From assembly GCA_964488255.1 (NCBI GenBank), contig CAZAUR010000015.1, forward strand, positions 6,598-70,597: a stretch of DNA of 64,000 bases, written 5' to 3'. How positions within the stretch are numbered: position 1 is the first letter of the stretch; the number at the start of each line of letters is the position of its first letter. Made by a program: the position numbers and the translations under genes. Shown in pieces: positions 62,442-64,000 of this stretch. The notes under the pieces were generated by a model. The model made no database searches. It was not told the origin of the DNA and worked only from the letters and a program-made list of their open reading frames with translations. This DNA is from an uncultured Spirochaetaceae bacterium (GTDB lineage Bacteria > Myxococcota_A > UBA9160 > UBA4427).

Positions 62442-64000
62442 TGGCAGAGTCGACCAAGAATCATTCGGGCGGACTGATGGCGAATTTCCCCCTGAGTCAG
62501 CTCATTCTCGGCGGTGCGTTCTTCTTCATTCTGGCGCTCCTGGTCGTCCCGCTGCCGGCGGCGATCCTCGACCTCTTCCTGTCGCTCTCGCTGACGATGG
62601 GGCTGATCGTCCTGCTGCTGGCCCTCTTCGTGGAGCGGCCCCTCGATTTCTCCGTCTTCCCCTCGCTCCTCTTGATGATGACGCTGATGCGGCTGGGCCT
62701 GAACGTCGGCAGCACGCGTCTCATCCTGCTCCACGGCAACGAGGGCTCCGACGCGGCGGGCAACGTGATCCGCGCCTTCGGCGAGTTCACGGTCGGCGGC
62801 AACTACGCGATCGGCATCGTCATCTTCTTGATCTTCGTGATCATCAACATGGTCGTGATCACGAAGGGCGCCGGGCGGATCGCCGAGGTCGCCGCGCGCT
62901 TCACCCTAGACGCGATGCCCGGTAAGCAGATGGCGATCGACGCCGATCTGAATCAAGGCGTGATCGACGACAACGAAGCCCGAAAGCGGCGCATCGAGGT
63001 CCAGCGCGAATCGGACTTCTACGGTGCGATGGACGGTGCCAGCAAGTTCGTGAAGGGCGACGCGATCGCGGGCATCGTGATCATGCTGATCAACCTCGTC
63101 GGCGGCCTTGCCGTCGGCGTCTTCCAGGAAGGCATGCCGGTTCTCGAGGCGGCGCAGACCTACACGACCCTCACGGTTGGTGACGGTCTCGTGAGTCAGG
63201 TCCCCGCGCTCGTCGTATCCGCGGCCGCGGGCGTGGTCGTCAGTCGCGCCGGCGCCGGGGACTCCTTGTCCGCGGAGCTGCGCGATCAGGTGATCCTGCA
63301 GCCCCGGGCGATGGGGATGACCGCGGCGATGCTGGGTGTGATGGCGGTCGTGCCCGGGCTGCCCTTCGCGCCCTTCGCGGTGCTCGCGGCCGCCGCCGCG
63401 GGGGTCGCCGCGTTCGTGAAGCCGGAAGAACCGGAGCCGGAGGTGCTCCCGGAGACCACCGAGATCGCGGCGCCGACCGAAGAAGAACAGATCCGCGATG
63501 CGCTCGTGCTCGACGACCTCGAGCTGGAGATCGGCTACGGGCTCATCCCCATGGTCGACGAGAGCCGGGGCGGCGAGCTGCTCGGTCGCATTCGCGCGAC
63601 GCGTCGCCAACTCGCGTCCGAGCTCGGCTTCATCGTTCCGCTGATCCACATCCGCGACAACCTCGACCTCGCCGAAGGCGGCTACTCGATCCGCGTGCGC
63701 GGAGAAGAGGTCGCCGGCGCCGAGATTCCGCAGGGTCGGTCCCTCGCGATCGCGCCCGGTGAGGACGCCGACGAGATTCCGGGCACGCAGACCCGCGACC
63801 CGGCCTTCGGGCTCCCGGCGCGATGGATCGAAGAGCGGGATCGCGATCGCGCCAGCGGCGCCGGCTACGCGGTCGTCGATGCTTCGACCGCGCTCTCCAC
63901 CCACCTCGCCGAGGTGGTGCGCAGCCACGCGCCCGAGCTCCTCACACGCCAGCGTGTGCAGGACCTGCTCGACCAGTTTGCAGAGTCCTCGCCGAAGGTG
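62441..64000 (+). CDS. flhA: Flagellar export protein FlhA (N-terminal 520 codons; runs off the window end, so absent from the ORF track)
   Basis: ATG 62441 overlaps the flhB TGA. Hand translation gives ...FPSLLLMMTLMRLGLNVGSTRLIL...IRAFGEFTVGGNYAIGIVIFLIFVIINMVVITKGAGRIAEVAARFTLDAMPGKQMAIDADLNQG..., the FHIPEP signature. The frame stays open to base 64000. Confidence 0.93.
   Translation, partial: MAESTKNHSGGLMANFPLSQLILGGAFFFILALLVVPLPAAILDLFLSLSLTMGLIVLLLALFVERPLDFSVFPSLLLMMTLMRLGLNVGSTRLILLHGNEGSDAAGNVIRAFGEFTVGGNYAIGIVIFLIFVIINMVVITKGAGRIAEVAARFTLDAMPGKQMAIDADLNQGVIDDNEARKRRIEVQRESDFYGAMDGASKFVKGDAIAGIVIMLINLVGGLAVGVFQEGMPVLEAAQTYTTLTVGDGLVSQVPALVVSAAAGVVVSRAGAGDSLSAELRDQVILQPRAMGMTAAMLGVMAVVPGLPFAPFAVLAAAAAGVAAFVKPEEPEPEVLPETTEIAAPTEEEQIRDALVLDDLELEIGYGLIPMVDESRGGELLGRIRATRRQLASELGFIVPLIHIRDNLDLAEGGYSIRVRGEEVAGAEIPQGRSLAIAPGEDADEIPGTQTRDPAFGLPARWIEERDRDRASGAGYAVVDASTALSTHLAEVVRSHAPELLTRQRVQDLLDQFAESSPKV

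Overview
High-G+C, densely coding bacterial chromosomal segment; third codon positions are overwhelmingly G/C, which produces many long spurious antisense and out-of-frame ORFs in the track. By eye I found no rRNA, tRNA, CRISPR array, transposase, integrase or prophage signature. Gene content from left to right follows. (1) The 3' part of the spc operon plus the alpha operon: rplR-rpsE-rpmD-rplO-secY-adk-map-rpmJ-rpsM-rpsK-rpsD-rpoA-rplQ, with no infA between map and rpmJ. (2) A TlpA-like thiol-disulfide oxidoreductase, then a chain of stop/start-overlapping genes: ftsB-argS-SPOR-rfbD-lepA-lepB. (3) A pyrimidine block, pyrR-pyrB-pyrC-carA-carB, preceded by a PyrR-binding-loop-like RNA motif over the pyrR Shine-Dalgarno. 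(4) recG, then a Leu-rich mini-ORF and a perfect hairpin in front of a long-type leuA. (5) An SbcD/SbcC-like (YhaO/YhaN-type) nuclease/ATPase pair. (6) An APC permease, an aminotransferase-hom-thrC block and riboflavin synthase. (7) A 973-aa Nma111-like double HtrA/PDZ protease, a tandem glutaredoxin-like protein and mgtE. (8) A group of small nucleic-acid-related genes: a KH protein, a TPR protein, a 28-aa bS22-like ORF missing from the track, a Lys/Ala-rich histone-H1-like protein and rpoZ. This group surrounds an unusually A+T-rich ORF-poor gap. (9) A motility region: pilT co-oriented with a GAF histidine-kinase-like protein whose H-box His is Arg, then motA-motB. Next come a receiver/DHp-like protein with Glu at the H-box His position and no ATPase domain, and a sigma-54 activator. 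The region ends with fliL-fliM-fliN, fliO and fliP in one ORF, fliQ-fliR-flhB and flhA, which runs off the window end. The most interesting items are the two degenerate two-component proteins in the motility region, the candidate leuA leader-peptide attenuator, the PyrR site, the bS22-like mini-gene with its A+T-rich flanking gap, and the FliO-FliP single ORF. All functional calls rest on motif and family recognition by eye; no database search was run.
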